A stretch of DNA of 64,000 bases. Origin: Gemmatimonadales bacterium (GTDB lineage: Bacteria > Gemmatimonadota > Gemmatimonadetes > Gemmatimonadales > GWC2-71-9). The translations under genes and the position numbers were made by a program. Below, one piece after another: positions 34,303 to 45,039 of the stretch (positions are counted from its first letter, which is position 1; each line of letters starts with the position of its first letter). The stretch covers positions 1 to 64,000 of the forward strand of contig JBDIWC010000010.1 of assembly GCA_039794085.1 (NCBI GenBank). Direction: 5' to 3'. The notes below the pieces were generated by a model that had not been told where the DNA came from, did not search any database, and worked only from the letters and a program-made list of their open reading frames with translations.

Positions 34303-35429
34303 TCGACCTCTCGCTCCTTCGCGATGGAGGCCTCGGGTGGCTTGAGGCCAGCGGTCCCGAGAGCGGGATGGTCCTTTCCACCCGGATCCGGATCGCCCGG
34401 AATCTGAACCAGATCGGGTTCACCGGGCGGAACAGCGCGGAGGACCGCGAGCAGATCCTGCGGACCGTGACCCAGGCGGCACGCGACGTGGAGCCGTTCC
34501 GGGACGCCGTCCTGTTCCGCCTCGACCGGCTCGGTCTGGAGGACCGGATGGTCTTGCTGGAGCGGTATCTGATCAGCCGCGAGCTGGCCTGCCCCGAGGG
34601 TCCCCGCGCGCCCCGCTCGGCCTCGGCCCTCCTGGCCCAGGACCGGCTCGGGGTCATGGTGAACGAAGAGGATCATCTCCGGATCCAGGGGGTCTTTTCC
34701 GGGTTCGATCCCCACAGCGCCTACGCTGCGGTGGAGCGCCTGAACGATGAACTGGGGCAACGACTTGCGTTCGCGTTTCACCCCGAATTCGGTTACCTTA
34801 CCGCCTGTCCGACCAATGTCGGCACCGGGCTCCGCGCATCGGTCCTGATCCATCTGCCGGGCCTGGTGCTGACCAAGGAAATCACCCGTGTGCTGCAGGG
34901 TCTGAGTCAGGTGGGACTGACCTATCGCGGGTGGTACGGGGAGGGGAGTGACGTGATCGGAAACTACTTCCAGCTGTCGAACCAGACCACGCTGGGGCGG
35001 ACCGAGCCGGAACTCCTGGACCATCTGGCCTCGGTGGTTCGGAAGGTGATCGGCTATGAACAGGAGGCGCGGGATATCCTGCTCCGCGACGCGCCCGGGG
35101 TGCTGGAGGACAAGGTGTGGAGGGCGTATGGATTGCTGCGCTACGCGCGGGCCCTGTCCTTCGAGGAGGCGATGAACCTCCTCAGCGGGGTGCGTCTGGG
35201 TGTGGGTTTGGGCCTGCTCTCAGACGTCGTCATGTATACCCTGAATCGGTTGCTGGTGTTTGTCCAGCAGGGCCATCTGGCCACCGCCGCGGGGACGACC
35301 CTGGACGACCCGCAACTGGCGGTCCGGCGCGCGAGCCTGGTCCGGCGGGCCTTGAAACGTGATTCGGAACGACCCCCCCCCGCCGGTGGCGACTCGCCGG
35401 ACCGGGGATCACAGCCCGAAGGTGGATGA
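34299..35429 (+). CDS. mcsB: Protein-arginine kinase McsB
   Basis: STRIRIARNL, MVNEEDHLRIQ, GYLTACPTNVGTGLRAS, QLSNQTTLG. Confidence 0.93.
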   Translation: MIDLSLLRDGGLGWLEASGPESGMVLSTRIRIARNLNQIGFTGRNSAEDREQILRTVTQAARDVEPFRDAVLFRLDRLGLEDRMVLLERYLISRELACPEGPRAPRSASALLAQDRLGVMVNEEDHLRIQGVFSGFDPHSAYAAVERLNDELGQRLAFAFHPEFGYLTACPTNVGTGLRASVLIHLPGLVLTKEITRVLQGLSQVGLTYRGWYGEGSDVIGNYFQLSNQTTLGRTEPELLDHLASVVRKVIGYEQEARDILLRDAPGVLEDKVWRAYGLLRYARALSFEEAMNLLSGVRLGVGLGLLSDVVMYTLNRLLVFVQQGHLATAAGTTLDDPQLAVRRASLVRRALKRDSERPPPAGGDSPDRGSQPEGG

Positions 35430-35432
35430 CGC

Positions 35433-37913
35433 ATGAACGGCTACAACTTTACTGATCGGGTCCGCAAGGTCCTCCAAATGGCTCGCGAGGAGGCGGCTCG
35501 CCTGCACCATGAGTACGTGGGAACCGAGCACATTCTCCTCGGGCTGATTCGCGAGGGGGAAGGGGTTGCGGCGGCGGTGATGACCAACCTCAGCGTCGAC
35601 CTGGAGGAGATCCAGCAGAAGATCGAGGAAACGGTCAAGAAGGGGAAGGCCGCCCTCGCTCCGGGCTCGCTTGAGCTTCCCTACACCTCGAGGGCCAAGA
35701 AGGTTCTGGAACTCGCCATGACCGAGGCGCGGGAACTCAATCACTCCTACGTGGGCACGGAACACCTCCTGCTGGGCCTTTTGCGGGAGGAGAAGGGCAT
35801 CGCGGCCCAAGTGCTCACCGACACCGGCATCACCCTGGAACAGTCCCGGGCCGAGACGCTGCGCCTGCTCGGGAGCGACATGCCCTCTCCTCAGCAGCCC
35901 CAGAGCGCGGGGATCCCGCAGGGAGCGCCACCCAAGTCCGAGAAGAAGTCGAAGACGCCCGCGCTCGACCACTTCTGCCGCGATCTCACCCAGCTCGCCG
36001 CCGACGGCACCCTCGATCCCACCATCGGACGGGCCGACGAGATCCAGCGGGTCATGGAGATTCTTTCCCGGCGCAAGAAGAACAACCCGGTCCTGATCGG
36101 GGAGCCGGGAGTCGGGAAGACCGCGATCGTCGAGGGGCTCGCCCTGCTGATCGCCAGCGGGCAATGCCCCGACGCCTTGCGCGATCACCGGGTTCTCTCC
36201 CTCGACATGGCGGCGGTGATCGCCGGAACCAAATACCGGGGACAGTTCGAGGAGCGGCTCAAGGCGGTGATGAACGAGATCGCGCAGAACAAGCAGGTCA
36301 TCCTCTTCATCGATGAGTTGCATACCCTGGTGGGCGCGGGGGCGGCGGAGGGAGCCATCGATGCCAGCAACATGCTGAAACCCGCTCTGGCGCGGGGCGA
36401 GTTGCAGTGCGTGGGTGCCTCGACGCTCAACGAATATCGCAAGTACATCGAAAAGGACGGTGCCCTGGAGCGTCGCTTTCAGGCCGTCCTGGTTGATCCG
36501 CCCACCGTGGACGAGACGGTCGAGATCCTGAAGGGGCTCCGGAAGAAGTACGAGGACCATCACCGGATCGTGATACCCGATGCCAGCCTGCGGCTCGCGG
36601 CCGAGCTCTCGGAGCGGTACATCACCGACCGGTTCCTGCCGGACAAGGCCATTGACGTCATCGATGAGGCCGGGGCCCGCGCCCGGCTCGCGTCGCAGGT
36701 TCCGCCCGCCGAGGTGGGGGCCCTCAAGGCCGATCTCGAACAGGTGAACGTCGAGAAGGAGGCTGCGGTCCGGGATCAGAACTTCGAACAGGCCGCCGCC
36801 CTGCGGGACACCGAGCGCGACCTGCAGCAACGCATCCGCCAGGTGCAGGAGGCGTGGGAGCGGGAACGCGCCACCAGTCGGCCGACCATCGGGGAGGACG
36901 AGATCTCCTTCATCGTGTCGCGGTGGACCGGGGTGCCTCTGACCCGCCTCCAGGAGGCGGAAACATCCCGGCTCCTGCACATGGAGGATGCCCTCCACGA
37001 AGCGGTGGTGGGACAGGACCAGGCCGTCCTCGCCGTCTCCAAGGCCATCCGTCGCAGCCGCGCGGGCCTCAAGGATCCCAACCGGCCGATCGGGAGCTTC
37101 GTGTTCTCCGGTCCGACGGGGGTGGGAAAGACCGAACTGGCCCGGGCCCTGGCGTCCTTCCTGTTCGGGGACGCGGCGGCCCTCATCCGGGTCGACATGT
37201 CGGAGTACATGGAGAAGTTTTCGGTCTCGCGGCTGATTGGGGCTCCCCCGGGGTATGTGGGGTATGAAGACTCGGGAACCCTCACCAAGGCCATCCGCCG
37301 CCGGCCCTATGCCGTCGTTCTGCTCGACGAGATCGAGAAGGCCCATCCCGATGTCTTCAACATCCTCCTGCAGGTCCTCGACGAGGGCCGGCTCACCGAC
37401 AACTACGGCCGGGTGATCGACTTCAAGAACACCGTGGTCATCATGACGTCCAACGTGGGGGCTCGCGACCTCTTCCAGAGCAAGTCGCTCGGGTTCCATG
37501 GGGCCGAGGAGGGACAGGCGTTCGACCGCATGTCCGAAACCGTCCGGGAGGAACTCGCCAAGGTGTTCAATCCCGAGTTTCTCAACCGGCTCGACGACGT
37601 GATCGTGTTCCACCCGCTGGAGCGGGATCACATCGCCCGGATCGTCCGGATCCTGTTGCGCGATCTGCAGCGGCGCCTGGGGGACACGATCACCCTGTCC
37701 GAGGCGGCCGTCGACTTCCTGGTCTCCAAGGGGTACGATCAGACCCTGGGAGCGCGCCCGCTGAAGAGGGCCATTCAGCGCTATGTGGAGGATCCACTCA
37801 GCGACAAGTTGCTGACGGGAGACATCCGGGCGACCGACGACCTCGAGGTCGACGTTGCCGAGGGGGGGGAATCACTGACCTTCCGCGCCCCGACCGAAAC
37901 CCGGACCGCGTGA
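35433..37913 (+). CDS. clpC: ATP-dependent Clp protease ATP-binding subunit ClpC
   Basis: Two Clp-N repeats, [11 protein letters not shown] middle domain, [11 protein letters not shown] ClpP-docking loop. Confidence 0.96.
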   Translation: MNGYNFTDRVRKVLQMAREEAARLHHEYVGTEHILLGLIREGEGVAAAVMTNLSVDLEEIQQKIEETVKKGKAALAPGSLELPYTSRAKKVLELAMTEARELNHSYVGTEHLLLGLLREEKGIAAQVLTDTGITLEQSRAETLRLLGSDMPSPQQPQSAGIPQGAPPKSEKKSKTPALDHFCRDLTQLAADGTLDPTIGRADEIQRVMEILSRRKKNNPVLIGEPGVGKTAIVEGLALLIASGQCPDALRDHRVLSLDMAAVIAGTKYRGQFEERLKAVMNEIAQNKQVILFIDELHTLVGAGAAEGAIDASNMLKPALARGELQCVGASTLNEYRKYIEKDGALERRFQAVLVDPPTVDETVEILKGLRKKYEDHHRIVIPDASLRLAAELSERYITDRFLPDKAIDVIDEAGARARLASQVPPAEVGALKADLEQVNVEKEAAVRDQNFEQAAALRDTERDLQQRIRQVQEAWERERATSRPTIGEDEISFIVSRWTGVPLTRLQEAETSRLLHMEDALHEAVVGQDQAVLAVSKAIRRSRAGLKDPNRPIGSFVFSGPTGVGKTELARALASFLFGDAAALIRVDMSEYMEKFSVSRLIGAPPGYVGYEDSGTLTKAIRRRPYAVVLLDEIEKAHPDVFNILLQVLDEGRLTDNYGRVIDFKNTVVIMTSNVGARDLFQSKSLGFHGAEEGQAFDRMSETVREELAKVFNPEFLNRLDDVIVFHPLERDHIARIVRILLRDLQRRLGDTITLSEAAVDFLVSKGYDQTLGARPLKRAIQRYVEDPLSDKLLTGDIRATDDLEVDVAEGGESLTFRAPTETRTA

Positions 37914-40378
37914 CGCCCATGCTGCTCGCGGGACCGGGCTCCGTCCTCCGCGGAGCCTCCGCAGGTGGACGGACCCTCGGTTGGTTGCGGGCCCGGCTCC
38001 TGGCCGGGCCCGCCTTGGCCATCCTGGTCGCCGGGCCGGTGCGCGCGCAGGACCCGCCCGGCGTGGCGCTTCCCAAGGTCGACAGTCTGATCGTGGAGGG
38101 GAACCAGCGCATTCCCGCCGACCAGATCGTGGCCACGGCGGGGATCCCCCTCTTCCAGCCGGTGAACTTCCGCGCCATTCAGCAGGCGATCCAGGCCCTC
38201 TATCGTTCCGGACAGTTCGACGATGTGCGCATCGAGCAGCGCGAGTCCCCGACCCATCTCATTCTGGCCATCATCGTCCGGGAGAGACCCCTGCTGCAGC
38301 GCTGGGTGATCCAGGGAGCGCAGAAGATCGAGGAATCCACCGTGCGGGGGCGCATCAAGGTGCTCGAGGGGCGGCCCATCGATCGGTCGGCCGTGGCCCA
38401 GTCCCGGGCCGCCATCGACTCGCTCTACCGGCAGCGAGGATACTACGCTGCTGTGGTGCGCTCCGAGGAGGTGGTCCAGCCCTCGGGGGCGGTGCAGGTC
38501 GTGTTCGCCATCAGTGAAGGGAGCCGGGTGGCGATCAGCCAGGTCGTCATCAATGGGAATGAGAACTTTTCCGACCAGGAGATCGTGGGGGCCATGCGAT
38601 CCAAGCCGGAGGGGTTCTGGTGGTATCGCAAGGGGGAGTTCAAGGAAGAGCTGGTGGAGGAGGACATGCGAGTCAACCTCCCGGCATGGTATGCCGACCG
38701 GGGATATGTGGACTTTCAGGTGTTGAGCGACTCCCTCGTGGCCGACACCATCCCCGGCAAGGCGACCCTGATCCTGGACGTGGACGAAGGCCCCCAGTAC
38801 CGAATCGGTACCATCGAAGCCATCGGAAACCGGCGCTACTCGACCGAGGATCTCGCCGCGTTCCTCCCCTTCGCCCGGGAGGCGGGGGTGACCCTCGGGG
38901 ATGGCCAGGTTGTGGGCACGGTGTACAACCAATCCGAGTGGAATGCGGCAACCGAACGCCTGAACACGCTCTACGGGAACACGGGGTACATCTACTCCCA
39001 GGTCCGCGCCGAGGAATCGCCCCGCACGGCGCCCGACGGGACCCGGTACCTGGACTTGCGCTGGAACATCAACGAAGGGTCCCCCGCCACGATCAATCGG
39101 ATCCTGATCGTGGGCAATGACGTGACTCACGAGCGGGTGATCCGCGAACAGATCCTCCTGGTGCCGGGGCAGGTGTTCAACCGGGATCTCATGATCCGCT
39201 CCTACGAGGGGATCTCCAACCTGAACTTTTTCGAACAACCGCTGCCGATCCCCGACATCCAGCCGACCGCCAACGGTGTGGATGTCGACATCATCTTCCG
39301 GGTGACCGAGCGCCGGACCGGCAACATCAATTTTGGCGCGTCCCTGGGGCAGGGTACCGGCATCGGGGGATTCATCGGGCTGGAGGAGCCCAACCTCTTC
39401 GGACGGGGAAAGCGCGGGACGTTGCAGTGGCAGTTCGGCCGCAACGTGAGTGACTTCAACCTGAGCTACACCGACCCGGCCATTCGGGAGTCGCGCATCT
39501 CGGGCACCCTCGCTCTCTTCAACAGCAGGCAGCGGTTCACCATCGGCGATCTCGGGACCCAACGCCAGATCGGGGGAAACCTGCAGCTCGGGTTCCCCCT
39601 CATGGGATCGCGATTCACCCGCGTCTTCGTGTCCTATGGCCTGCAGCTGCGTCGCTTCACGGGAAGCGCGGGGGAATTGCTGAACCAGTTCAACAGTTGT
39701 GACAACTGCACCCGGTCGACGGTGGGATTGGGTCTCTCCCGTGACCTGCGCATCGGACTCCCGTTCCCGACCGCGGGGACCAGCTTCACCCTGAACACCG
39801 AGATGAACGGTGGTGTGGTGGGCGGCACCGGACGGTACCAGAAGCTCGACTTCGACGGTCGCTACTACACTCCGCTGGGTCGGATGGGGGGAGACCGTGC
39901 CCTGGGCACCGGGGTCCAGTTCGTTCTGGGACTCACGGCCAAGTCCGGTTTCATTTCCGGCGATACCGGTCCCTTCATCACCGAGCGGTTTTCCATGGGC
40001 GGGGTCCAGTTCGGCATCCCCCTCCGAGGGTACGAGGAGTTCTCGATTACGCCCGACGGATTCGATCCCTCGGCGGGATCGACCAATGCGAATGTGAACT
40101 CCTTCGGCAAGGCCTACGCCGCCTTCACCCTGGAGGCGGGAGCTCGTCTGAGCCAGTCCCTCTACATCAACTCCTTCTTCGATGCCGGCAATACCTATCG
40201 GCGAGTTCGAGACTACAACCCGAGCCGGCTCTTCCGCAGCTACGGATTCGGAGTGGCGGTCATCTCGCCGCTGGGACCGCTGGGGCTCGATCTGGGATAC
40301 GGACTCGACAAGGTGGACGCGGCGGGACGGCCCGATCCGAGCTGGCAGGTGCACTTCAGGTTGGGCAACTTCTTCTGA
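37910..40378 (+). CDS. bamA: Outer membrane protein assembly factor BamA
   Basis: POTRA repeats (VEGNQRI, INGNENFS, GNDVTHERVIRE), LRGY loop, SPLGPL, C-terminal Phe. Confidence 0.93.
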   Translation: MTPMLLAGPGSVLRGASAGGRTLGWLRARLLAGPALAILVAGPVRAQDPPGVALPKVDSLIVEGNQRIPADQIVATAGIPLFQPVNFRAIQQAIQALYRSGQFDDVRIEQRESPTHLILAIIVRERPLLQRWVIQGAQKIEESTVRGRIKVLEGRPIDRSAVAQSRAAIDSLYRQRGYYAAVVRSEEVVQPSGAVQVVFAISEGSRVAISQVVINGNENFSDQEIVGAMRSKPEGFWWYRKGEFKEELVEEDMRVNLPAWYADRGYVDFQVLSDSLVADTIPGKATLILDVDEGPQYRIGTIEAIGNRRYSTEDLAAFLPFAREAGVTLGDGQVVGTVYNQSEWNAATERLNTLYGNTGYIYSQVRAEESPRTAPDGTRYLDLRWNINEGSPATINRILIVGNDVTHERVIREQILLVPGQVFNRDLMIRSYEGISNLNFFEQPLPIPDIQPTANGVDVDIIFRVTERRTGNINFGASLGQGTGIGGFIGLEEPNLFGRGKRGTLQWQFGRNVSDFNLSYTDPAIRESRISGTLALFNSRQRFTIGDLGTQRQIGGNLQLGFPLMGSRFTRVFVSYGLQLRRFTGSAGELLNQFNSCDNCTRSTVGLGLSRDLRIGLPFPTAGTSFTLNTEMNGGVVGGTGRYQKLDFDGRYYTPLGRMGGDRALGTGVQFVLGLTAKSGFISGDTGPFITERFSMGGVQFGIPLRGYEEFSITPDGFDPSAGSTNANVNSFGKAYAAFTLEAGARLSQSLYINSFFDAGNTYRRVRDYNPSRLFRSYGFGVAVISPLGPLGLDLGYGLDKVDAAGRPDPSWQVHFRLGNFF

Positions 40379-40434
40379 CCCGGACACGGCGGGGGTCGGA
40401 CAGGCATCACACACATTCCCGGAGGCAGGTGGCA

Positions 40435-40977
40435 ATGAGTCGTATCGGAAGGATTGTTCTCCTCGGCGGTGTCGCCCTGGTGACCGCAACGGTCTCCCTG
40501 GCGGCCCAGGCCGTAGCTCCCCCCCCGACCAAGATCGGGTTCGTCAACGCCCGGGCGGTGCTCGCGGGCATGCCGGGGTACGCCCAGGCGGAGTCCCTCT
40601 TCGTCAAGGAGCGGGATCGCGCTCAGGCTGAGCTCACCAGCTTGCGCCAGGTGTTCGACTCCTCGGTGGCCGAATTCGAGCAGCAGCAGGCCATTCTCTC
40701 CCCCAGTAGCCGAGCCGCCAAGCGCCAGGAGCTCGAGCAACAGCAACAACGCCTCGAACAGCGTACGCAGCAGCTGTCGGAAGAGATGGAACGGAAACAG
40801 ACAGAACTGCTCGATCCGATGCAGCGCCGGTTGACGGCGGTCATCGACGGACTGCGCGCGGAGGGCAACTACGCGTTCATCTTCGACATGGGCACGCTTG
40901 GGCCGGCGATCATCTCCGCCGACCAGACCCTCGACATCACGTCCCGGGTCATCGAGCGACTGCGACAGAGCAACTGA
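40435..40977 (+). CDS. skp: OmpH/Skp periplasmic chaperone
   Basis: Signal peptide, KIGFVN, coiled coil, DITSRVIERL; located between bamA and lpxD. Confidence 0.88.
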   Translation: MSRIGRIVLLGGVALVTATVSLAAQAVAPPPTKIGFVNARAVLAGMPGYAQAESLFVKERDRAQAELTSLRQVFDSSVAEFEQQQAILSPSSRAAKRQELEQQQQRLEQRTQQLSEEMERKQTELLDPMQRRLTAVIDGLRAEGNYAFIFDMGTLGPAIISADQTLDITSRVIERLRQSN

Positions 40978-40981
40978 GGCC

Positions 40982-42013
40982 GTGACCCCTCGGGTGTGGA
41001 CCGCGCAGGCGGTCGCCGACCTGGTCGGTGGCCGCCTGCTTGGTACCGACGGGGTCGTGACGTCGGTGGCTCCATTGGAATCCGCGGACCGGGAAGCGGT
41101 CTCCCTCCTGACCTCGGGGAGGTATCACGCCGCCTTTCGTGAGAGCCGGGCCGGCGCCGTTCTGATGCGACCGGTGGATGCGGCTCTGAAGGGATCCGTG
41201 CCGGCCCGGATCCTGGTGGACGATCCGGCGGCGGCGATGGCGCGCGTGGTGGAATGCCTCTATCCCACCGAGGATCCCTCGCCCGGTGTCCACTCGACGG
41301 TGGTGATGGGAGAGGGGGTTCGGCTGGGACAGGGCGTGTGTCTTGGACCTCGGGTGATTCTCGGGTGCCGGGTCCAGCTCGGTGACCGGGTGGTGGTGGG
41401 CGCCGGGGCCATTCTGGAGGGGGACGTCACCGTGGGGGAGGACTCGGTGGTGGGCCCCGGGGTGGTCTGTGGTCGCGGGACCCACGTCGGACGCCGGGTC
41501 CGGCTCAAGGCGGGAGCCGTGCTGGGGGGTGAGGGGTTCGGCTACACGACAGAGGGAGGGGGGCATCACCCGGTGCGGCATGTGGGACGGTGCCTGGTGG
41601 GAGACGACGTGGACATCGGGTCGAACAGTTGCATCGATCGGGGAAGCCTCGGCGACACGGTGGTGGGGGACGGCACCAAGATCGACAACCTGGTGCACGT
41701 GGGACACAACGTCCGCATCGGACGACGCTGCCTGCTGATGGCGGGAGTGGGAGTGGCCGGAAGCACCGTCGTCGAGGACGATGTCATACTCGCCGGGCAT
41801 GTCGGGGTGAGTGGACACCTCAGAGTGGGGGCCGGGGCCCGCGTGGGGGCCGGTTCCAAGGTCTGGGCAACCGTCCCCCCCGGGGCGCGGGTGAGCGGAC
41901 TTCCCGCGCGTCCCCACCTGGAATTCCTGCGCGCGCAGGTGGCCCTCGCCCGACTGGCGCCGCTCGTCACCCAACTCGAGGCCCTCGCCAAGGAGCACCA
42001 CCCGGATGGCTAG
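40982..42013 (+). CDS. lpxD: UDP-3-O-acyl-glucosamine N-acyltransferase
   Basis: Hexapeptide repeats, GGEGFGY, IDRGSLGDT, KIDNLVHVGHNV. Confidence 0.93.
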   Translation: MTPRVWTAQAVADLVGGRLLGTDGVVTSVAPLESADREAVSLLTSGRYHAAFRESRAGAVLMRPVDAALKGSVPARILVDDPAAAMARVVECLYPTEDPSPGVHSTVVMGEGVRLGQGVCLGPRVILGCRVQLGDRVVVGAGAILEGDVTVGEDSVVGPGVVCGRGTHVGRRVRLKAGAVLGGEGFGYTTEGGGHHPVRHVGRCLVGDDVDIGSNSCIDRGSLGDTVVGDGTKIDNLVHVGHNVRIGRRCLLMAGVGVAGSTVVEDDVILAGHVGVSGHLRVGAGARVGAGSKVWATVPPGARVSGLPARPHLEFLRAQVALARLAPLVTQLEALAKEHHPDG

Positions 42014-43280
42014 ACGAACGATCGCGTCACCCGGATCCCTCACCGGGGTCGGTTTGCACAGCGGCGTGGAGGCCTCGGTGCGGGTCGTCGCCGCCGAGTC
42101 GGGGTTTGGAGTCCGATTCCGCCGGGTCGACCTTCCGGGGCAACCGGAAATCCCCGCTCGCAGTCACGCGGTCGAGGCCACGGAACGGCGCACCGCTCTC
42201 GGCGACGGAAACGCCTCGGTACAGACCGTGGAGCATCTTCTGGCCGCGGTGCAGGGGCTTCAGATCGACGATCTCCTGATCGAGATCGACGGTCCGGAGC
42301 CCCCCATCCTCGACGGCTCCTTCGCCCCCTGGACTGCGCTCCTGGCGGAGGCGGGATTCACGACCCTCCCCGGTGAACCGACCATCTATCGCGTGACCAG
42401 TCCCTTCGAGGTGCGGGAAGGGGACGCCCACTATGTCGTGGCCCCTGAGGCCGGGCTGCGGCTCACCACCACGATCGAATGGGACCATCCGGCGATCGGT
42501 CGGCAGACTTTCCAATGTGAGGCGGATCCGGAAGGATTCCGCACCGAACTGGCGGACGCCCGGACCTTTGGATTTCTCGCCGAAGTCGAGCCGCTGCAGG
42601 CCCGGGGGCTCCTGAAGGGGGCGGGCCCCGATAGCGCCATCGTGCTGGACGAGAGTCGGGTGGTCAACGGGCCGTTGCGGCGAACCGACGAGTTCGTGCG
42701 CCACAAGGCCGGCGACATCGTGGGTGACCTGGCCCTGCTGGGGGGGCGCCTGGAAGCGCATGTGATCGCCACCCGGCCCAGCCATCACGGCAATGTGGCC
42801 CTGGTCCGCGCTCTGGAGCGGCGCGCCCGGTGCGAAGGGGGGGGGCCGGGAGGGTGCGACATCGCCCGCATCATGGCGGTGCTCCCGCATCGCTACCCGT
42901 TCCTGCTGGTGGACCGGATTCTGGCGACGGAGCCGAACCGGGTCGTCGGGCTCAAGAACGTCACCATCAACGAACCGTTCTTCACCGGACACTTCCCCGG
43001 ACATCCCATCATGCCGGGGGTGCTCATCGTGGAGGCGATGGCCCAGACCGGTGGCATTCTTCTCATGGAAACCGTCGAGGATCCCGCCTCCAAGGTGGTC
43101 TACTTCATGTCGCTGGACGAGGTGAAGTTCCGTCGTCCCGTCGTGCCGGGTGATCAGCTCCGGTTCGAAGTGCAGGTTCTCCAGCACCGGGGGCGAACCT
43201 GTCGCATGCGTGGCGAGGCCTTTGTCGACGGCAACCTGGTCTGTGAAGCGGTGATGATGGCGAGGGTGGTCGATCGGTGA
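42006..43280 (+). CDS. lpxC: Bifunctional LpxC-FabZ fusion
   Basis: [27 protein letters not shown] (LpxC) followed in frame by [30 protein letters not shown] (FabZ). Confidence 0.95.
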   Translation: MARRTIASPGSLTGVGLHSGVEASVRVVAAESGFGVRFRRVDLPGQPEIPARSHAVEATERRTALGDGNASVQTVEHLLAAVQGLQIDDLLIEIDGPEPPILDGSFAPWTALLAEAGFTTLPGEPTIYRVTSPFEVREGDAHYVVAPEAGLRLTTTIEWDHPAIGRQTFQCEADPEGFRTELADARTFGFLAEVEPLQARGLLKGAGPDSAIVLDESRVVNGPLRRTDEFVRHKAGDIVGDLALLGGRLEAHVIATRPSHHGNVALVRALERRARCEGGGPGGCDIARIMAVLPHRYPFLLVDRILATEPNRVVGLKNVTINEPFFTGHFPGHPIMPGVLIVEAMAQTGGILLMETVEDPASKVVYFMSLDEVKFRRPVVPGDQLRFEVQVLQHRGRTCRMRGEAFVDGNLVCEAVMMARVVDR

Positions 43281-44050
43281 CCACGATCCATCCGACCGCC
43301 CTGGTGGACCCCACCGCCACGCTGGGTGTCGGAGTGATCATCGGGCCGTGGGCGATGGTGGGCCCGGGGGTCGAGGTCGGAGATCGGACGGAACTGCATC
43401 CCCGGGCCACCATCGAACGAAACACCCGGCTGGGCGCCGATGTGCGGGTCGGAGTGGGGGCGGTCGTGGGGGGCGATCCCCAGGACCGGAAGTTCCGCGG
43501 GGAGGAGACCTGGGTGGAGATCGGGGAGGGGACCGTCATTCGCGAGTACGCCACCATCAACCGCGGAACCGCCGCGGCGGGGGTGACCCGGGTGGGGCGG
43601 GGATGCTTCATCATGAGCTACGTCCATCTGGCCCACGATTGCCAGATCGGGGACGAGGTGACCATCGCGAACGCCTCCCAACTCGCCGGGCATGTCACCA
43701 TCCACCCCCGGGCCACGATCAGCGGATTGTGCGCGCTGCACCAGTTCGTGACCGTCGGCCGTCTCGCCTTCGTGGGAGGGGCGAGCCGCGTGAGCCAGGA
43801 TGTGCCTCCCTTCGTCACGGCCGTGGGCAATCCGGTCGCCCTCTACGGGTTGAACACGGTGGGGCTCCAGCGCGCCGGGATGGCCCCCGACGTGGTGGCG
43901 GCGCTGAAGAAGGCATACCGGTTCTGCTTCAACTCGGACGTGCCCCTCTCCCAGGGCATCGCGCGTGCCCGGGGGGAGGTGCCGGTCGGTGAGGTGGTGT
44001 CCGAGTTTCTCGACTTCGTGGAGCAGACCGAGCGGGGAGTCCCCGCATGA
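43277..44050 (+). CDS. lpxA: Acyl-ACP--UDP-N-acetylglucosamine O-acyltransferase
   Basis: IHPTALVDP, PQDRKF, IREYATINRGT, HLAHDC, LAGHV, HQF, DVPPF. Confidence 0.95.
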   Translation: MTTIHPTALVDPTATLGVGVIIGPWAMVGPGVEVGDRTELHPRATIERNTRLGADVRVGVGAVVGGDPQDRKFRGEETWVEIGEGTVIREYATINRGTAAAGVTRVGRGCFIMSYVHLAHDCQIGDEVTIANASQLAGHVTIHPRATISGLCALHQFVTVGRLAFVGGASRVSQDVPPFVTAVGNPVALYGLNTVGLQRAGMAPDVVAALKKAYRFCFNSDVPLSQGIARARGEVPVGEVVSEFLDFVEQTERGVPA

Positions 44051-45039
44051 ACGCTCCCCTCCCGGTGGGAGTCATCGGGGTGGGCGCCCTCGGCGGGCAC
44101 CATCTCCGCCACCTGACGGCGCTCCCCGGGGTCCGTGTGGTCGGAATCCACGATCGCGACCCCGCCCGCGCCGACAGCATGGCGCGTCAGGCAAACGTCA
44201 GATACTTCCCTGTTGTTGAGGACCTCCTCGCCCGGGTCGAGGCGGTGACCGTGGCGGTACCGACGGGGGTCCACGCCGACATCGGGCTGCGGGCCCTCGC
44301 CCGGGGCGTGGCCGTCCTCATGGAAAAGCCCCTCGCGGCCACGCTCCCCGAGGCCGATGCCCTGGTTGCCGCCGCCGACCAGGCGGGGGTCCTCCTCCAG
44401 GTGGGGCACATCGAGCGATTCAACCGGGCCATCCGGGCCGCCCGGCCCCATCTGGACGACCCGCGCTACTTCGAAGGAATCCGGCTCGCCCCCTTCCAGC
44501 CGCGCGGGACCGACGTTCCGGTGGTCCTGGACCTGATGATTCATGACCTGGACCTCATCCTGCATCTCGGGGGAGGAGCCGGTCCTGACCCCGTCCTGGT
44601 GCGGGCCAAGGGCATGTCTCTCCTCACCCCCACCCTCGATGTGGCCAATGCATGGGTCGAGTTTGCCGGCGGGGCTGTCGCGATGACCAGCGCCTCGCGC
44701 CTGGCGCGCGACGTGATCCGGCAGCTCCGGATCTGGCAGCCCGGAGGATATCTCTCGCTCGATCTGGTCACGGGACGGGCGGAACTGACGCGAATGCGAT
44801 CCGAATGGGACCGCGGGAGCGGCGTCGTTCCGGCCTCCCTGGACGATGTGAGCGAGCGCGTGGTCCTGGAGGCCGAGCCGGCCGACGCACTGGCCCTGGA
44901 ACTGGCCACCTTTGTCCGGGCCGTCCGGGGGGCCGCCGAGCCGGTGGTGACCGGGGCGGAGGGACGGGCGGCGTTGGCCCTCGCGCTCCGGGTGACAGCC
45001 GCCATCGAATCGACCCTCGCCGCGGCGCCCCTCGCATGA
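44047..45039 (+). CDS. Gfo/Idh/MocA oxidoreductase, GnnA-like
   Basis: GVGALG, EKPLA, QVGHIERFN, VVLDLMIHDLD; located between lpxA and lpxB. Confidence 0.82.
   Translation: MNAPLPVGVIGVGALGGHHLRHLTALPGVRVVGIHDRDPARADSMARQANVRYFPVVEDLLARVEAVTVAVPTGVHADIGLRALARGVAVLMEKPLAATLPEADALVAAADQAGVLLQVGHIERFNRAIRAARPHLDDPRYFEGIRLAPFQPRGTDVPVVLDLMIHDLDLILHLGGGAGPDPVLVRAKGMSLLTPTLDVANAWVEFAGGAVAMTSASRLARDVIRQLRIWQPGGYLSLDLVTGRAELTRMRSEWDRGSGVVPASLDDVSERVVLEAEPADALALELATFVRAVRGAAEPVVTGAEGRAALALALRVTAAIESTLAAAPLA

Noticed and set aside
37781..40489. 902-aa minus-strand ORF and similar long antisense ORFs across the window
   Set aside because: Antisense shadows of high-GC3 genes; no motifs
42006..43280. 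LpxC-FabZ fusion as a novelty
   Set aside because: Known fusion in Bacteroidota and related phyla
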